Assembly (NCBI GenBank): GCA_016202605.1
Contig: JACQOJ010000152.1
Span: forward strand, 1,350 to 65,349
Direction: 5' to 3'
Length of the DNA stretch: 64,000 nt
From: Betaproteobacteria bacterium
Lineage (GTDB): Bacteria > Pseudomonadota > Gammaproteobacteria > Burkholderiales > SG8-41
Within the stretch, counting starts at the first letter, position 1. The number at the start of each line of letters is the position of its first letter. Under the pieces are notes generated by a model. That model saw only the letters and a list, made by a program, of their open reading frames with translations. It did not search any database and was not told where the DNA came from. The position numbers were made by a program, and so were the translations under genes. Positions 46,168-57,449 of the stretch are shown one piece after another.

Positions 46168-46914
46168 TTCTATACGCTGTTCTACAAGGAATGGCTGCGA
46201 TTCTGGAAAGTGAGCGTGCAGACCGTGCTCGCGCCGGTGCTGACCGCGCTGCTTTATCTGCTGGTGTTCTCGCAGACGTTGCGCGGGCACATGGAGGCGT
46301 TTCCAGGGGTGTCCTATCCCTCGTTTCTCGTGCCGGGACTCGCGATGATGTCGGTGCTGCAGAATGCCTTTGCCAACAGCTCGTCGAGTCTCATGCAGTC
46401 GAAGATGACCGGCAACATCATCTTCGTGCTGCTGCCGCCGCTGTCGCACCGGGAGTTTTTCCTCGCCTATCTGCTCGCCGCGATGGCGCGCGGCATGGTG
46501 GTGGGTCTCGGTGTGTTCGCGGCGACGGTGTGGGTCGTCGACCTGCCGCTCGCCCGGCCGCTGTGGGCGCTCGCTTTCGCGCTCGCCGGCAGCGGGATCA
46601 TGGGCGCGCTCGGGATCATCGCCGGCATCCAGTCGGAAAAGATCGACCAGCTGGCGGCGTTCCAGAACTTCATCATCCTGCCCCTCACGTTCCTGTCGGG
46701 CGTGTTCTATTCGATTCAATCGCTGCCGCCGTTCTGGCAGGGCCTGTCGCATCTCAATCCGATCTTCTACATGATCGACGGCTTTCGCTACGGATTTTTC
46801 GGACAGGCGGACGTGTCGCCCGCGCTCAGCCTGGCGATTGTGACGGCCTGTTTTTTCGTCTTATCATGGCTTACGCTGTGGCTGATCAAGTCCGGCTACA
46901 AGCTCCGCCATTGA
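46102..46914 (+). CDS. ABC-2 type transporter permease (YadH-like); start uncertain
   Basis: FYTLFYKEWLRFWKVSVQTVLAPVL, six TM segments. The first 7-22 codons lie inside repeat element R6; ATG 46123 is an alternative start. Confidence 0.88.
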   Translation: MSEERSAMGNAHVTRHPSPITGFYTLFYKEWLRFWKVSVQTVLAPVLTALLYLLVFSQTLRGHMEAFPGVSYPSFLVPGLAMMSVLQNAFANSSSSLMQSKMTGNIIFVLLPPLSHREFFLAYLLAAMARGMVVGLGVFAATVWVVDLPLARPLWALAFALAGSGIMGALGIIAGIQSEKIDQLAAFQNFIILPLTFLSGVFYSIQSLPPFWQGLSHLNPIFYMIDGFRYGFFGQADVSPALSLAIVTACFFVLSWLTLWLIKSGYKLRH

Positions 46915-46931
46915 CGTCTTCACGGAGAGTT

Positions 46932-47165
46932 ATGGTTACACCCGATCAGATCAAGCACTACATCGAGGCCGGCCTGCAGTGCGATTTCACCGAAGTCGCC
47001 GGAGACGGACACCACTTCGAGGCGGTCGTCGTCAGCCCCTTGTTCCGCGGCAAATCGAAAGTCCAGCAGCATCAGCTCGTGTATCGCGCGCTGGGCGACC
47101 GGATGCGCGAGGAGATTCACGCCCTGTCGATGCGCACGCTGACCCCCGAGGAATGGGGAAAATGA
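46932..47165 (+). CDS. ibaG: BolA family protein (IbaG/YrbA-like)
   Basis: MVTPDQIKHYIEAGLQCDFTEVAGDGHHFEAVVVSPLFRGKSKVQQHQLVY. Lies upstream of murA, as in many proteobacteria. Confidence 0.88.
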   Translation: MVTPDQIKHYIEAGLQCDFTEVAGDGHHFEAVVVSPLFRGKSKVQQHQLVYRALGDRMREEIHALSMRTLTPEEWGK

Positions 47166-48434
<1,269 letters not shown>

Positions 48435-48533
48435 ACCGCACTGCCGCCGGCGCGCGCTGCCGGGAGCGTTCTTCGACGCGCCGCCGCCCTTTGCGGTAGA
48501 ATCCACTTTCCTTTTTTGTATCATCGGCTTGCC

Positions 48534-49169
48534 GTGATCACCCTCGCGCTCTCCAAAGGCCGGATATTCGACGAGACGCTGCCGCTGCTTGAGGCCGCGG
48601 GCATCGCCCTGCGCGACGACCCGGAAACTTCGCGCAAGCTGATTCTTGCGACCACCTGCCGCGACCTGCGCGTCATCATCGTGCGGGCGAGCGACGTGCC
48701 GACTTATGTGCAATACGGCGCAGCCGACCTCGGCGTGGCCGGCAAGGATGTGCTCGATGAACACGGCGGTCAGGGACTTTATCAGCCGCTCGATCTCAAG
48801 ATTGCGCGTTGTCGCATGATGGTGGCCGCGCCCAGGGATTTTGACTACGAGCATGCGGCGCGCCAGGGCGCGCGGCTACGCGTGGCGACGAAATACGTGC
48901 AGACGGCGCGCGAGCACTTCGCGGCGAAAGGCGTGCACGTCGACCTGATCAAGCTCTATGGTTCGATGGAACTCGCTCCATTGACGGGGCTGGCGGATGC
49001 CATTGTCGACCTGGTGAGCACGGGCAGGACGCTGCGCGCCAACAACCTGAAGGCCGTCGAAGAGATCGGCGTGGTAAGCGCGCGGCTGATCGTCAACCAG
49101 GCGGCGTTGAAGCTCAAGCGCGGCGTCATCCAGCCCCTGCTCGACGCGTTCGCGCGCGCAACAGCATGA
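48534..49169 (+). CDS. hisG: ATP phosphoribosyltransferase, short form
   Basis: (V)[31 protein letters not shown] prefer GTG 48534 to the track's TTG 48516. Confidence 0.93.
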   Translation: MITLALSKGRIFDETLPLLEAAGIALRDDPETSRKLILATTCRDLRVIIVRASDVPTYVQYGAADLGVAGKDVLDEHGGQGLYQPLDLKIARCRMMVAAPRDFDYEHAARQGARLRVATKYVQTAREHFAAKGVHVDLIKLYGSMELAPLTGLADAIVDLVSTGRTLRANNLKAVEEIGVVSARLIVNQAALKLKRGVIQPLLDAFARATA

Positions 49170-50476
49170 CGACGATCCGGCGGCTCGACACGGCGCAGCA
49201 GGATTTCGAGGCGCGGCTCGAGGAACTGCTTGCATTCGAGGCGGCGCAGGATCCGCAGGTCGAGTCGGTCGTTACGGCGATCCTTGCCGATGTCAAAGCG
49301 CGCGGGGATGCGGCGCTGCTCGATTACACGCGGCGCTTCGACCGGTTCGAGGCGCCGGCGCCGGCGGCGCTTGAAATTCCCCGCGCCGCCTGCGAGCAGG
49401 CCCTTTCGCGGCTCCCGCAGGCCCAGCGCGAGGCCTTGTCGACCGCGGCGGAACGCGTTCGCGGTTACCACGAGCGGCAGTTGGCGCATTCCTGGCGCTA
49501 TACGGAACCCGACGGCACCGTGCTCGGCCAGCAGATCACCCCCCTCGACCGCGTCGGCATCTACGTACCCGGCGGCAAGGCGGCATATCCGAGTTCCGTC
49601 ATCATGAACGCCGTGCCGGCGAAAGTGGCCGGTGTGCGCGAGATCGTCATGACCGTGCCCACGCCGGGCGGCGAGAGAAACGAACTGGTGCTCGCTGCCT
49701 GCGCGATCTGTGGCGTTGACCGGGTGTTCAGCATCGGCGGGGCGCAGGCGGTGGCGGCGCTCGCCTATGGCACCGCCACGGTGCCCAGGGTGGACAAGAT
49801 CGTGGGTCCGGGCAACGCTTACGTCGCGGCCGCCAAGCGCCGCGTGTTCGGCGTGGTGGGAATCGACATGGTGGCGGGGCCGTCGGAGATTCTGGTGGTG
49901 TGCGACGGAAGCGCAGAGCCCGACTGGATCGCGATGGATCTTTTTTCGCAGGCCGAGCACGACGAACTCGCGCAGGCCATGCTCCTTGCCCCCGACGCGG
50001 CATTCATCGACGCGGTTGCGGGAAGCATCGAGGAGCAGCTTGCGGACATGCCGCGCCGCGACATCATCCGCGCCTCGCTCGCCGGGCGCGGGGCGCTGGT
50101 CAAGGTGCGCGATCTCGATGAAGCGTGCGCGCTCGTGAACCGCATCGCTCCCGAGCACCTCGAGCTGGCGGTCGCCGACCCGCACGCCCTGCTGCCGAAG
50201 ATCCGGCACGCGGGCGCGATTTTCCTCGGGCCATACGCTTCGGAGGCGATCGGTGATTACTGCGCCGGTCCCAATCACGTGCTGCCGACATCGGGCAGCG
50301 CGCGCTTTTCCTCGCCGCTCGGGGTCTACGATTTTCAGAAGCGCTCGAGCGTCATCGAGGTCTCGCGCGAAGGCGCGCGGACGCTCGGACGCATCGCCGC
50401 CGAGCTGGCGCGCGGGGAAGGGCTTCCGGCGCACGCCAGGTCCGCCGAATACCGTATGAAGAGCGAGAAAGCCTAA
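49166..50476 (+). CDS. hisD: Histidinol dehydrogenase
   Basis: [36 protein letters not shown] overlap with hisG. Confidence 0.97.
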   Translation: MTTIRRLDTAQQDFEARLEELLAFEAAQDPQVESVVTAILADVKARGDAALLDYTRRFDRFEAPAPAALEIPRAACEQALSRLPQAQREALSTAAERVRGYHERQLAHSWRYTEPDGTVLGQQITPLDRVGIYVPGGKAAYPSSVIMNAVPAKVAGVREIVMTVPTPGGERNELVLAACAICGVDRVFSIGGAQAVAALAYGTATVPRVDKIVGPGNAYVAAAKRRVFGVVGIDMVAGPSEILVVCDGSAEPDWIAMDLFSQAEHDELAQAMLLAPDAAFIDAVAGSIEEQLADMPRRDIIRASLAGRGALVKVRDLDEACALVNRIAPEHLELAVADPHALLPKIRHAGAIFLGPYASEAIGDYCAGPNHVLPTSGSARFSSPLGVYDFQKRSSVIEVSREGARTLGRIAAELARGEGLPAHARSAEYRMKSEKA

Positions 50477-50480
50477 ACGC

Positions 50481-50592
50481 GAAGGACGCAAAGGACGCAA
50501 AGGACGCAAACCAAGGACAAGGGGAGTTCCGCAGGTTTCTTGATTGGAATCTTTGCGTTCTTTGTTTTCTTGGCGTCCCTGGCGTTCCCGCC
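50481..50592. repeat. Intergenic 9-nt-period inverted array pair (element R7), followed by a T7 tract
   Basis: GGACGCAAA x3 (50483-50509), facing TTTGCGTTC TTTGTTTTC TTGGCGTCC (50552-50578). The units pair in register allowing G-U wobbles. T7 at 50593-50599. Confidence 0.8.
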
Positions 50593-50603
50593 TTTTTTTG
50601 AAC

Positions 50604-51680
50604 ATGTCGAAGAGACCTGAAGAGATCATCCGTGACGAGATCCGGGCGCTCGCCGCGTACCATGTGCCGGAGAGCGGCGGCATGGTGAAGCTCGATGCGA
50701 TGGAAAATCCCTACCGATTGCCCGCGGATCTGCAGGTCGAGATCGCGCATCTCGCGGAAACGGCGGCGCTCAACCGCTATCCCGACCCGGCCGCGGCGCG
50801 CCTCAAGTCGCGGCTGCGGGAAGCCATGCAGATCCCGGCGGACGCGGATGTCCTGCTCGGCAACGGATCGGACGAAATCATCCAGATGCTGATCATGGCG
50901 GCGGCACGTCCGGGAACGGCAGTGCTGGGGGTTGAGCCGTCCTTTGTCATGTTTCGCATGATCGCGACCTTTTGCGGAGTGCGATTCGTGGGCGTGGAAC
51001 TGACGGCGGACTTCATGCTCGATGTCGAGCGGATGCTGGCGGAAATCGCCCGGCACCAGCCGGCACTGATTTTCCTCGCGTACCCCAATAATCCGACGGG
51101 CAATCTGTTCGACGCCGACGCGGTCCGGCGCATCATGGAGGCGGCGCCCGGCCTCGTGGTGGTGGACGAGGCGTATCACGCGTTCGCCGACGCGACGTTC
51201 ATGCCGCGCCTCGTGGATCACCCGAACCTGCTGGTGATGCGCACGCTGTCGAAGCTGGGGCTTGCCGGATTGCGGCTCGGAATACTGTGCGGCCGGAAGG
51301 CGTGGCTCGAGCATGTCGACAAAGTGCGCTTGCCGTATAATATCAACGTGCTCACTCAACTCATCGCGGAGAAGGTGCTGCAGCACGGCGATCTTCTGCG
51401 GCAACAGGCGGCGGCGATCAAGGCGGAGCGCGCACGGGTTTTCAATGGGCTTCAAAACATGCCCGGCATCCGGCCTTGCCCCACGCAGGCCAATTTCATC
51501 CTGTTCAGGACGACTGCGGCGAACCGTATTTTTGACCGCCTCAAGCAACGCGGCATCCTGATCAAGAATCTGCATGGAGCGCATCCCGCGCTTGCCGAGT
51601 GCCTGCGCGCGACGATCGGGACTCCGGAAGAAAACACGCGCTTTCTCGATGCCTTGAAGGACGCCGTCAACGCAGCGTGA
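50604..51680 (+). CDS. hisC: Histidinol-phosphate aminotransferase
   Basis: [44 protein letters not shown] (PLP lysine). Start set to ATG 50604. Confidence 0.95.
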   Translation: MSKRPEEIIRDEIRALAAYHVPESGGMVKLDAMENPYRLPADLQVEIAHLAETAALNRYPDPAAARLKSRLREAMQIPADADVLLGNGSDEIIQMLIMAAARPGTAVLGVEPSFVMFRMIATFCGVRFVGVELTADFMLDVERMLAEIARHQPALIFLAYPNNPTGNLFDADAVRRIMEAAPGLVVVDEAYHAFADATFMPRLVDHPNLLVMRTLSKLGLAGLRLGILCGRKAWLEHVDKVRLPYNINVLTQLIAEKVLQHGDLLRQQAAAIKAERARVFNGLQNMPGIRPCPTQANFILFRTTAANRIFDRLKQRGILIKNLHGAHPALAECLRATIGTPEENTRFLDALKDAVNAA

Positions 51681-51728
51681 ATCCCGCACGTTTCAGCTTT
51701 CAGGCCCATTACATCCATCCACGACGCC

Positions 51729-52316
51729 ATGCGTGAGGCTACAGTCACCCGCAAGACGCTGGAGACGCAGATCAGCGTGAAGCTCAATCTCGACGGCGGC
51801 GGCAGGTCGCGGCTCGCCACCGGCGTGCCGTTTCTCGACCACATGCTCGATCAGGTTGCGCGTCACGGCGTGTTCGACCTCGAGGTCAGCGCGAAAGGCG
51901 ACCTCCACATCGATTCCCACCACACTGTCGAGGACATCGGCATCACGCTCGGCCAGGCGTTTGCGAAGGCGGTCGGGGACAAGACGGGCGTGCGCCGCTA
52001 CGGGCATGCGTACGTGCCGCTCGATGAGGCACTGTCGCGCGTGGTGGTCGATCTGTCGGGTCGTCCGGGGCTGGAAATGAACGTCAAATTCGTGCGGGCG
52101 CGGATCGGGGAATTCGACGTCGATCTGGCGCGGGAGTTTTTTCAAGGCTTCGTCAACCATGCGTTCGTGACGTTGCACATCGACAATCTGAAGGGGGAGA
52201 ACGCGCATCACCAGGCGGAGACCGCCTTCAAGGCGTTCGGCCGGGCGCTGCGCATGGCGGTCGAACTCGACGCGCGCAGCGCCGGGGTGCTGCCTTCCAC
52301 AAAAGGCAGCCTGTGA
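51729..52316 (+). CDS. hisB: Imidazoleglycerol-phosphate dehydratase
   Basis: [45 protein letters not shown]. Confidence 0.97.
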   Translation: MREATVTRKTLETQISVKLNLDGGGRSRLATGVPFLDHMLDQVARHGVFDLEVSAKGDLHIDSHHTVEDIGITLGQAFAKAVGDKTGVRRYGHAYVPLDEALSRVVVDLSGRPGLEMNVKFVRARIGEFDVDLAREFFQGFVNHAFVTLHIDNLKGENAHHQAETAFKAFGRALRMAVELDARSAGVLPSTKGSL

Positions 52317-52400
52317 GTTCAGGGTTCAGCGTCAAGAGCGTCAGCCTGAAGTCAAGCGGCCCCGCATCCTGAACGCTCAACGCCCGACGCTCAACGATCT
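52314..52400. repeat. Intergenic 7/8-nt array pair (element R8), starting at the hisB TGA
   Basis: TGAGTTCA GGGTTCA GCGTCAA GAGCGTC AGCCTGA AGTCAAG, facing CCTGAACG CTCAACG CCCGACG CTCAACG. Confidence 0.7.
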
Positions 52401-52401
52401 C

Positions 52402-53094
52402 ATGATTGATATCGCTGTTATCGACTACGGGATGGGCAATCTGCGTTCGGTGGCCAAGGCCATCGAGCACGTGGCGCCGCGTCTCGGGGTCGCGGTCACC
52501 AGTGATCCACGTGTCGTGCGGGACGCGTCGCGCGTCGTGTTTCCGGGACAGGGGGCGATGCCTGATTGCATGCGCGAAATGGAGGCGCGCGGCTTGCGTG
52601 ACGCGGTCGTCGTCTCCGCGCGGGAGAAACCCTTTCTCGGCATCTGCATCGGCCTGCAAATGCTTTTCGAGCGCAGCGAGGAGGGGGACGTAGCGGGCCT
52701 CGGCCTGCTGTCCGGCAAGGTGCGGCGCTTTCACACCGGGGCGCTTTTCGACGCGCAGGGCAACAAGTTGAAGGTCCCGCACATGGGCTGGAACGAGGTG
52801 CAGCAGACGATGAGCCACCCGCTCTGGGACGGCATCGCGTCGGGGAGCCGGTTCTACTTCGTGCACAGCTATTTCCCGGAGCCCGCGGACCCGCGGATCA
52901 TTGCCGGGTGCAGCCGGTATCCCGGTTCATTCGCCTGCGCCGTAGCCAGCGGAAATCTTTTTGCGGTGCAATTCCACCCGGAAAAAAGCCAGGCAGCCGG
53001 CCTGCGGCTGCTCGCCAATTTCGTGGCCTGGCAGCCGGAACGGGGCAGTCGTGCCGGCGCCGGGCGGCAGCCGGTCGCAGACGTTAACCGGTAA
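52402..53094 (+). CDS. hisH: Imidazole glycerol phosphate synthase, glutamine amidotransferase subunit
   Basis: IAVIDYGMGNLRSV, GICIGLQML (catalytic Cys), FHPEKS. About 25-aa C-terminal tail beyond the usual end. Confidence 0.95.
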   Translation: MIDIAVIDYGMGNLRSVAKAIEHVAPRLGVAVTSDPRVVRDASRVVFPGQGAMPDCMREMEARGLRDAVVVSAREKPFLGICIGLQMLFERSEEGDVAGLGLLSGKVRRFHTGALFDAQGNKLKVPHMGWNEVQQTMSHPLWDGIASGSRFYFVHSYFPEPADPRIIAGCSRYPGSFACAVASGNLFAVQFHPEKSQAAGLRLLANFVAWQPERGSRAGAGRQPVADVNR

Positions 53095-53109
53095 GTCCCG
53101 AGGTTGTGT

Positions 53110-53214
53110 ATGATTGAGCCATGCGTGTTCGCGACACCGCCTGCCACCTGCGTTCCCCTGATCGGTCCTGACTTCGTTTTCCTTCGCAGCATCCCCATGG
53201 AGATCGTTTCGTAA
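53110..53214 (+). CDS. Candidate 34-codon small ORF in the hisH-hisA spacer
   Basis: GAGG sits 6 nt upstream of ATG 53110. Product MIEPCVFATPPATCVPLIGPDFVFLRSIPMEIVS. There is no homology evidence; it could be non-coding. Confidence 0.2.
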   Translation: MIEPCVFATPPATCVPLIGPDFVFLRSIPMEIVS

Positions 53215-53243
53215 GTTTTCCGCTGTAAGACGGCTTTCCCTTT

Positions 53244-53996
53244 ATGCTGATCATTCCGGCGATTGATTTAAAGGATGGCAAGTGCGTACGCCTCAAACAG
53301 GGGGCGATGGAAGATGCGACAGTGTTTTCCGACGATCCCGGCGCCATGGCGAGGCGCTGGCTCGAGCAAGGCGCGCGGCGCCTGCACGTCGTCGATCTCA
53401 ACGGGGCGGCCGCCGGGCGCCCGAAGAACGGGCGCGCGGTGAAGGCGATCGCCAGCGCGGTCGGCGAGCGGATCCCGATTCAGCTCGGCGGCGGCATCCG
53501 CGATCTGGACACGATAGAGCAGTACCTCGATCAGGGAGTCAGTTACGTCGTCATCGGCACCGCCGCGGTCAAGACCCCGGGTTTCCTGCATGACGCCTGC
53601 AGTGCATTCGCGGGGCACGTGCTCGTCGCGCTCGACGCCAGGGACGGCAAGGTCGCGGTCGACGGATGGTCGAAGATGACCGGGCACGATGTGGTCGATC
53701 TCGCCAGGAAGTTCCAGGACTACGGCGTGGAGGCGGTGATCTACACCGACATCGGCCGCGACGGCATGTTGACCGGGGTCAACATCGACGCGACGGTCGC
53801 CCTCGCGCGCGAGCTGACGGTGCCGGTCATCGCGAGCGGGGGCATCACGAATCTCGACGACGTGAAGGCGTTGTGCGACGTGGAATCGGAGGGCATTATC
53901 GGCGCGATCACCGGCCGCGCGGTGTACCAGGGCACCCTGAATTTCGCCGAAGCGCAGAAGCTGGCCGACACACTCAGCAGGAAGCGCGAGGAGTGA
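53244..53996 (+). CDS. hisA: 1-(5-phosphoribosyl)-5-[(5-phosphoribosylamino)methylideneamino]imidazole-4-carboxamide isomerase
   Basis: [30 protein letters not shown]. Confidence 0.96.
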   Translation: MLIIPAIDLKDGKCVRLKQGAMEDATVFSDDPGAMARRWLEQGARRLHVVDLNGAAAGRPKNGRAVKAIASAVGERIPIQLGGGIRDLDTIEQYLDQGVSYVVIGTAAVKTPGFLHDACSAFAGHVLVALDARDGKVAVDGWSKMTGHDVVDLARKFQDYGVEAVIYTDIGRDGMLTGVNIDATVALARELTVPVIASGGITNLDDVKALCDVESEGIIGAITGRAVYQGTLNFAEAQKLADTLSRKREE

Positions 53997-54037
53997 GGGG
54001 TGAGGTAAAACCGCGCGCGATTTTCCTTACGCCTCAC
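53993..54037. repeat. Intergenic hairpin built on the GTGAGG unit (element R9), including the hisA stop
   Basis: GTGAGGGGTGAGGTAAAA (53993-54010), loop CCGCGCGCGA, then TTTTCCTTACGCCTCAC (54021-54037). Confidence 0.75.
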
Positions 54038-54043
54038 GCAGTT

Positions 54044-54814
54044 ATGGGATTAGCGAAGCGCGTCATTCCGTGCCTCGACGTGACCGCCGGCCGGGTGGTG
54101 AAGGGCGTCAAATTCGCCGGCTTGCGGGACGCCGGAGATCCGGTGGAAATCGCGCGCCGTTACGACGAGCAGGGCGCGGACGAACTCACGTTTCTGGATA
54201 TCACGGCGAGCAGCGACGAGCGCGGCTTGCTCCTGCATATCGTTGAGGACGTGGCCGCGCAGGTGTTCATTCCGCTCACGGTCGGCGGCGGCGTGCGCAC
54301 GGCGGACGACGTGCGCAGGCTGCTCAATGCCGGGGCCGACAAGGTCAGCATCAATACCGCGGCCGTGCAGAATCCCCGGCTGGTCGCCGAGTGCACCGCC
54401 CGGTATGGCTCGCAGTGCATCGTCGTTGCCGTTGACGCCAAGCGGGTTGACGGCGGCGCCGCGCCGCGCTGGGAAGTCTTCACCCACGGGGGGCGCCGGC
54501 CGAGCGGCCACGACGCGCTAGAGTGGGGTAGACGAATGCAGCAGCTCGGCGCGGGCGAGATATTGCTTACCAGCATGGACCGCGACGGCACGCGGAAGGG
54601 CTTCGATCTCGAGCTGACGCGCGCATTCTCCGACGCGCTGGACATTCCGGTCATCGCGAGCGGCGGCGTCGGCAATCTCGATCACCTCGTTGACGGCATC
54701 ATCAAGGGGCACGCGGACGCCGTGCTCGCAGCGAGCATTTTTCACTACGGTGAGTACACGGTGCGCCAGGTGAAGGAGCACATGGCGCGTCACGGCATCG
54801 AAGTCCGGCTGTAA
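54044..54814 (+). CDS. hisF: Imidazole glycerol phosphate synthase, cyclase subunit
   Basis: [45 protein letters not shown]. Confidence 0.97.
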   Translation: MGLAKRVIPCLDVTAGRVVKGVKFAGLRDAGDPVEIARRYDEQGADELTFLDITASSDERGLLLHIVEDVAAQVFIPLTVGGGVRTADDVRRLLNAGADKVSINTAAVQNPRLVAECTARYGSQCIVVAVDAKRVDGGAAPRWEVFTHGGRRPSGHDALEWGRRMQQLGAGEILLTSMDRDGTRKGFDLELTRAFSDALDIPVIASGGVGNLDHLVDGIIKGHADAVLAASIFHYGEYTVRQVKEHMARHGIEVRL

Positions 54815-54825
54815 GGATCCAAGCT

Positions 54826-54944
54826 GGATGTTCAAAGTTCAAGGTTCGGTGTTCTATGTCCACGGCGCTGCGATTCGTGTTAAAACTAACAACCTTGAAC
54901 CTTGAACTTTGAACCTGGAACCTGGAACTTCAAACCGCGAACCC
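54826..54944. repeat. Intergenic heptamer array with perfect 18-bp inverted repeat (element R10)
   Basis: GTTCAAAGTTCAAGGTTC (54830-54847) is the exact reverse complement of GAACCTTGAACTTTGAAC (54897-54914). The right arm continues as about 8 units of GAACCTN up to the hisI ATG. Confidence 0.9.
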
Positions 54945-55334
54945 ATGAAGCACGACTGGCTCGACAAGGTCAACTGGGCGCAGGACGGCCTGGTGCCGGT
55001 GGTTACACAGGAAGCGGGATCGGGCCGCGTGCTCACCGTCGCGTGGATGAACCGGGAAGCGCTCGGCAAGACGGTTGAGACCGGGGAAGCCCACTACTGG
55101 TCGCGGTCGCGCAGAAAGCTGTGGCACAAGGGCGAGGAATCGGGTCACGTGCAAAAGGTGAAATCGATCCGCCTCGACTGCGACGAGGACGTGCTTCTGA
55201 TCGAAGTTGAACAAGTGGGCGGAATCGCGTGTCACACTGGACGGCACAGCTGCTTTTTCCGGAAATTCGACGGCGGCAAGTGGGTGGCGACCGACCCGGT
55301 GCTCAAGGACCCCAGGGACATCTACGGCAAATGA
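54945..55334 (+). CDS. hisI: Phosphoribosyl-AMP cyclohydrolase
   Basis: [53 protein letters not shown]. Confidence 0.95.
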   Translation: MKHDWLDKVNWAQDGLVPVVTQEAGSGRVLTVAWMNREALGKTVETGEAHYWSRSRRKLWHKGEESGHVQKVKSIRLDCDEDVLLIEVEQVGGIACHTGRHSCFFRKFDGGKWVATDPVLKDPRDIYGK

Positions 55335-55651
55335 TCGACGCAACGATACTGAGACGGCTGGGCGAGGTCATCGCGGCGCGCAGACAGGGCGACCCCGCGA
55401 CTTCGTACGTCGCCGGCCTCTTCGCCAGGGGCCACGACGCCGTGCTGAAGAAGGTGGCGGAAGAGGCCGCGGAGACCCTGCTTGCCTCCAAGGACGGTGA
55501 TAAACTGCATATTGTTCGCGAGGCAGCCGATTTGTGGTTTCACTGCCTGATATTGCTTGCATGGCACGGCCTCGGTCCTGACGACGTGCTGGCCGAATTG
55601 CGGCGCCGCGAGGGTATCTCCGGGATCGACGAAAAGACGTCGCGTGGCTGA
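55331..55651 (+). CDS. hisE: Phosphoribosyl-ATP pyrophosphatase
   Basis: ATGA overlap with his[42 protein letters not shown]. Confidence 0.93.
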   Translation: MIDATILRRLGEVIAARRQGDPATSYVAGLFARGHDAVLKKVAEEAAETLLASKDGDKLHIVREAADLWFHCLILLAWHGLGPDDVLAELRRREGISGIDEKTSRG

Positions 55652-55759
55652 ACCGGACGTTCTCCGACGCCGGCCGACGTACCAGTCGGCGGAGCGCCCG
55701 CACCGGGTCCGCTGGAGCGACGGCGGGCCGCCGATACCGTGAAATAGAGGAGTTTGAAC

Positions 55760-55990
55760 ATGGGTTCAATTAGCATCTGGCACTGGCTGATCGTATTGCT
55801 GGTCGTCATTCTGGTGTTCGGCACCAAGAAGCTCCGTAACCTGGGTACCGACCTTGGGAGCGCCGTCAAGGGATTCAAGGAGGGGATCAAATCCGAGGAC
55901 GAGAAATCCGCGCAGGCCAAGACGGAAATTCCACCGGGCACCGGTCAGACGATAGAAGGCGAAGCGAAAAAGGAAACCCCCAAGGTGTAA
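55760..55990 (+). CDS. tatA: Twin-arginine translocase subunit TatA
   Basis: [39 protein letters not shown] sits 7 nt upstream of ATG 55760. Confidence 0.95.
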   Translation: MGSISIWHWLIVLLVVILVFGTKKLRNLGTDLGSAVKGFKEGIKSEDEKSAQAKTEIPPGTGQTIEGEAKKETPKV

Positions 55991-56072
55991 GCGGTAAGCG
56001 GTAAGCCGTACGCGGTAAGGTGTCCAACGCACTTGTCTTACGGCTCGCTGCTCATCGCTCACTGCTCACGGG
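55987..56072. repeat. Intergenic heptamer array pair (element R11), seeded at the tatA TAA
   Basis: GTAAGCG GTAAGCG GTAAGCC GTACGCG GTAAGG, facing GTCTTAC GGCTCGC TGCTCAT CGCTCAC TGCTCAC. TAA recurs at a 7-nt period, so it falls in all three frames. Confidence 0.8.
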
Positions 56073-56078
56073 TTTTGC

Positions 56079-56483
56079 ATGTTCGACATCGGTTTTTCCG
56101 AGCTCATGGTCATCGCGGTGGTTGCGCTGATCGTGATCGGGCCGGAACGACTTCCGAAAGTCGCACGCACGCTGGGACATCTCTTCGGGCGCATGCAGCG
56201 CTACGTCAATGATGTCAAGACCGACATCAGCCGCGAAATGGAGCTCGATGAACTGAGGAAGCTGCAATCGAGCGTGCAGGAGGCGGCGCACTCGATCCAG
56301 GAGACGGTGTCGCGGGAAATCAGCGCAACGGAGAGCGAACTGGAGAAGATCGCGGACACCGCGCCCGGCGCGCCGGAGCCCGCGGAGACGGCCCCCGAAC
56401 CGTCGTCGCCGGCAGGCGCTTCGCCTCAACTCGAACTCGAGCTGGGCTCCGCACCGCAGACGCCGGCGCAGAAGCAGGCCTAG
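56079..56483 (+). CDS. tatB: Twin-arginine translocase subunit TatB
   Basis: MFDIGFSELMVIAVVALIVIGPERLPKVARTLG. Confidence 0.93.
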   Translation: MFDIGFSELMVIAVVALIVIGPERLPKVARTLGHLFGRMQRYVNDVKTDISREMELDELRKLQSSVQEAAHSIQETVSREISATESELEKIADTAPGAPEPAETAPEPSSPAGASPQLELELGSAPQTPAQKQA

Positions 56484-56558
56484 ATGTTTGAAACCTCCGC
56501 GATGCGCGCTGCGCGACAATCGGGGTCGCGGACGCGATGGTCCGGCAGCCGCGCCTTG

Positions 56559-56608
56559 CCGGTCACCGGTCACCGGTCACGAGTCACGTCTCACCGGTTT
56601 TCACCGGC
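56559..56608. repeat. Intergenic heptamer array (element R12), same unit family as R1 in opposite orientation
   Basis: CCGGTCA CCGGTCA CCGGTCA CGAGTCA CGTCTCA CCGGTTTTCACCGG. Its reverse complement shares the 19-nt string GTGACCGGTGACCGGTGAC with 10948-10966. Confidence 0.85.
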
Positions 56609-57421
56609 ATGAGCGAAGACACCTTCATTTCCCATTTGATGGAACTGCGGGACCGGCTGCTGCGCTCGCTGCTGGCGGTCGCGATCGTTTTCCTGTGCGT
56701 CTTCCCGTGGGCTTCCACGCTTTACGATGTGCTCGCTTATCCGATGATGCGCGCGCTGCCCGAGGGCACCAAGATGATCGCCACCGGCGTCGTGACCCCG
56801 TTCCTGGTGCCGGTCAAGGTGGCCATGATGGTCGCGTTTCTGGCCGTGTTGCCGTACGTGCTGTACCAGGCCTGGGCGTTCGTCGCGCCCGGTTTGTACG
56901 CCCACGAAAAACGCCTGGTGCTGCCGCTGGTCGTGGCGAGCACGATCCTGTTCCTGCTCGGCGTCGCGTTCTGTTACTTCTTCGTGTTCGGGGTGGTGTT
57001 CGACTTCGTCAACTCGATCGCTCCCAAGAGCATCTCGGTCGCGCCCGACATCGAAAATTACCTCAATTTCGTGCTGACGATGTTCCTCGCCTTCGGCGTG
57101 ACGTTCGAAGTGCCGATCGTGGTCATCGTACTGGTGCGCATGGGCATCGTGTCTGTCGAGCAGTTGACGAGCTTCAGGCCGTACTTCATCGTCGGCGCAT
57201 TCGTCGTCGCGGCCATCGTCACGCCGCCCGACGTCGTCTCGCAACTGCTGCTCGCCACGCCGATGTGCCTGCTATACGAACTCGGCATCCTCGCCGCGCG
57301 CTTCGTGAGGAAACAGAAAGGGGACGAGGACACGTGTCCGCCGCTCTCCGATTCCGATATGGAGCGTGAGCTCGACAAGATCGAGGCCGAGGAAAAGGGC
57401 CGGGGATCTCACGCGCCGTAG
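56609..57421 (+). CDS. tatC: Twin-arginine translocase subunit TatC
   Basis: MSEDTFISHLMELRDRLL, six TM segments, FGVTFEVPIVV. Start set to ATG 56609. Confidence 0.95.
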   Translation: MSEDTFISHLMELRDRLLRSLLAVAIVFLCVFPWASTLYDVLAYPMMRALPEGTKMIATGVVTPFLVPVKVAMMVAFLAVLPYVLYQAWAFVAPGLYAHEKRLVLPLVVASTILFLLGVAFCYFFVFGVVFDFVNSIAPKSISVAPDIENYLNFVLTMFLAFGVTFEVPIVVIVLVRMGIVSVEQLTSFRPYFIVGAFVVAAIVTPPDVVSQLLLATPMCLLYELGILAARFVRKQKGDEDTCPPLSDSDMERELDKIEAEEKGRGSHAP

Positions 57422-57432
57422 GGTTACGGCGC
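57413..57432. terminator. Hairpin between convergent tatC and the DegS-like gene (no U-tract)
   Basis: GCGCCGTA-GGGT-TACGGCGC, a perfect 8-bp stem overlapping the tatC TAG. Confidence 0.35.
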
Positions 57433-57449
57433 GGCCCTGCGGGATTCGG

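Noticed and set aside
50551-50599. A canonical rho-independent terminator between hisD and hisC
   Set aside because: The T7 tract is separated from the paired arms, and the local GC stem next to it is only 4 bp. It is reported as an unusual structure rather than annotated as a terminator.
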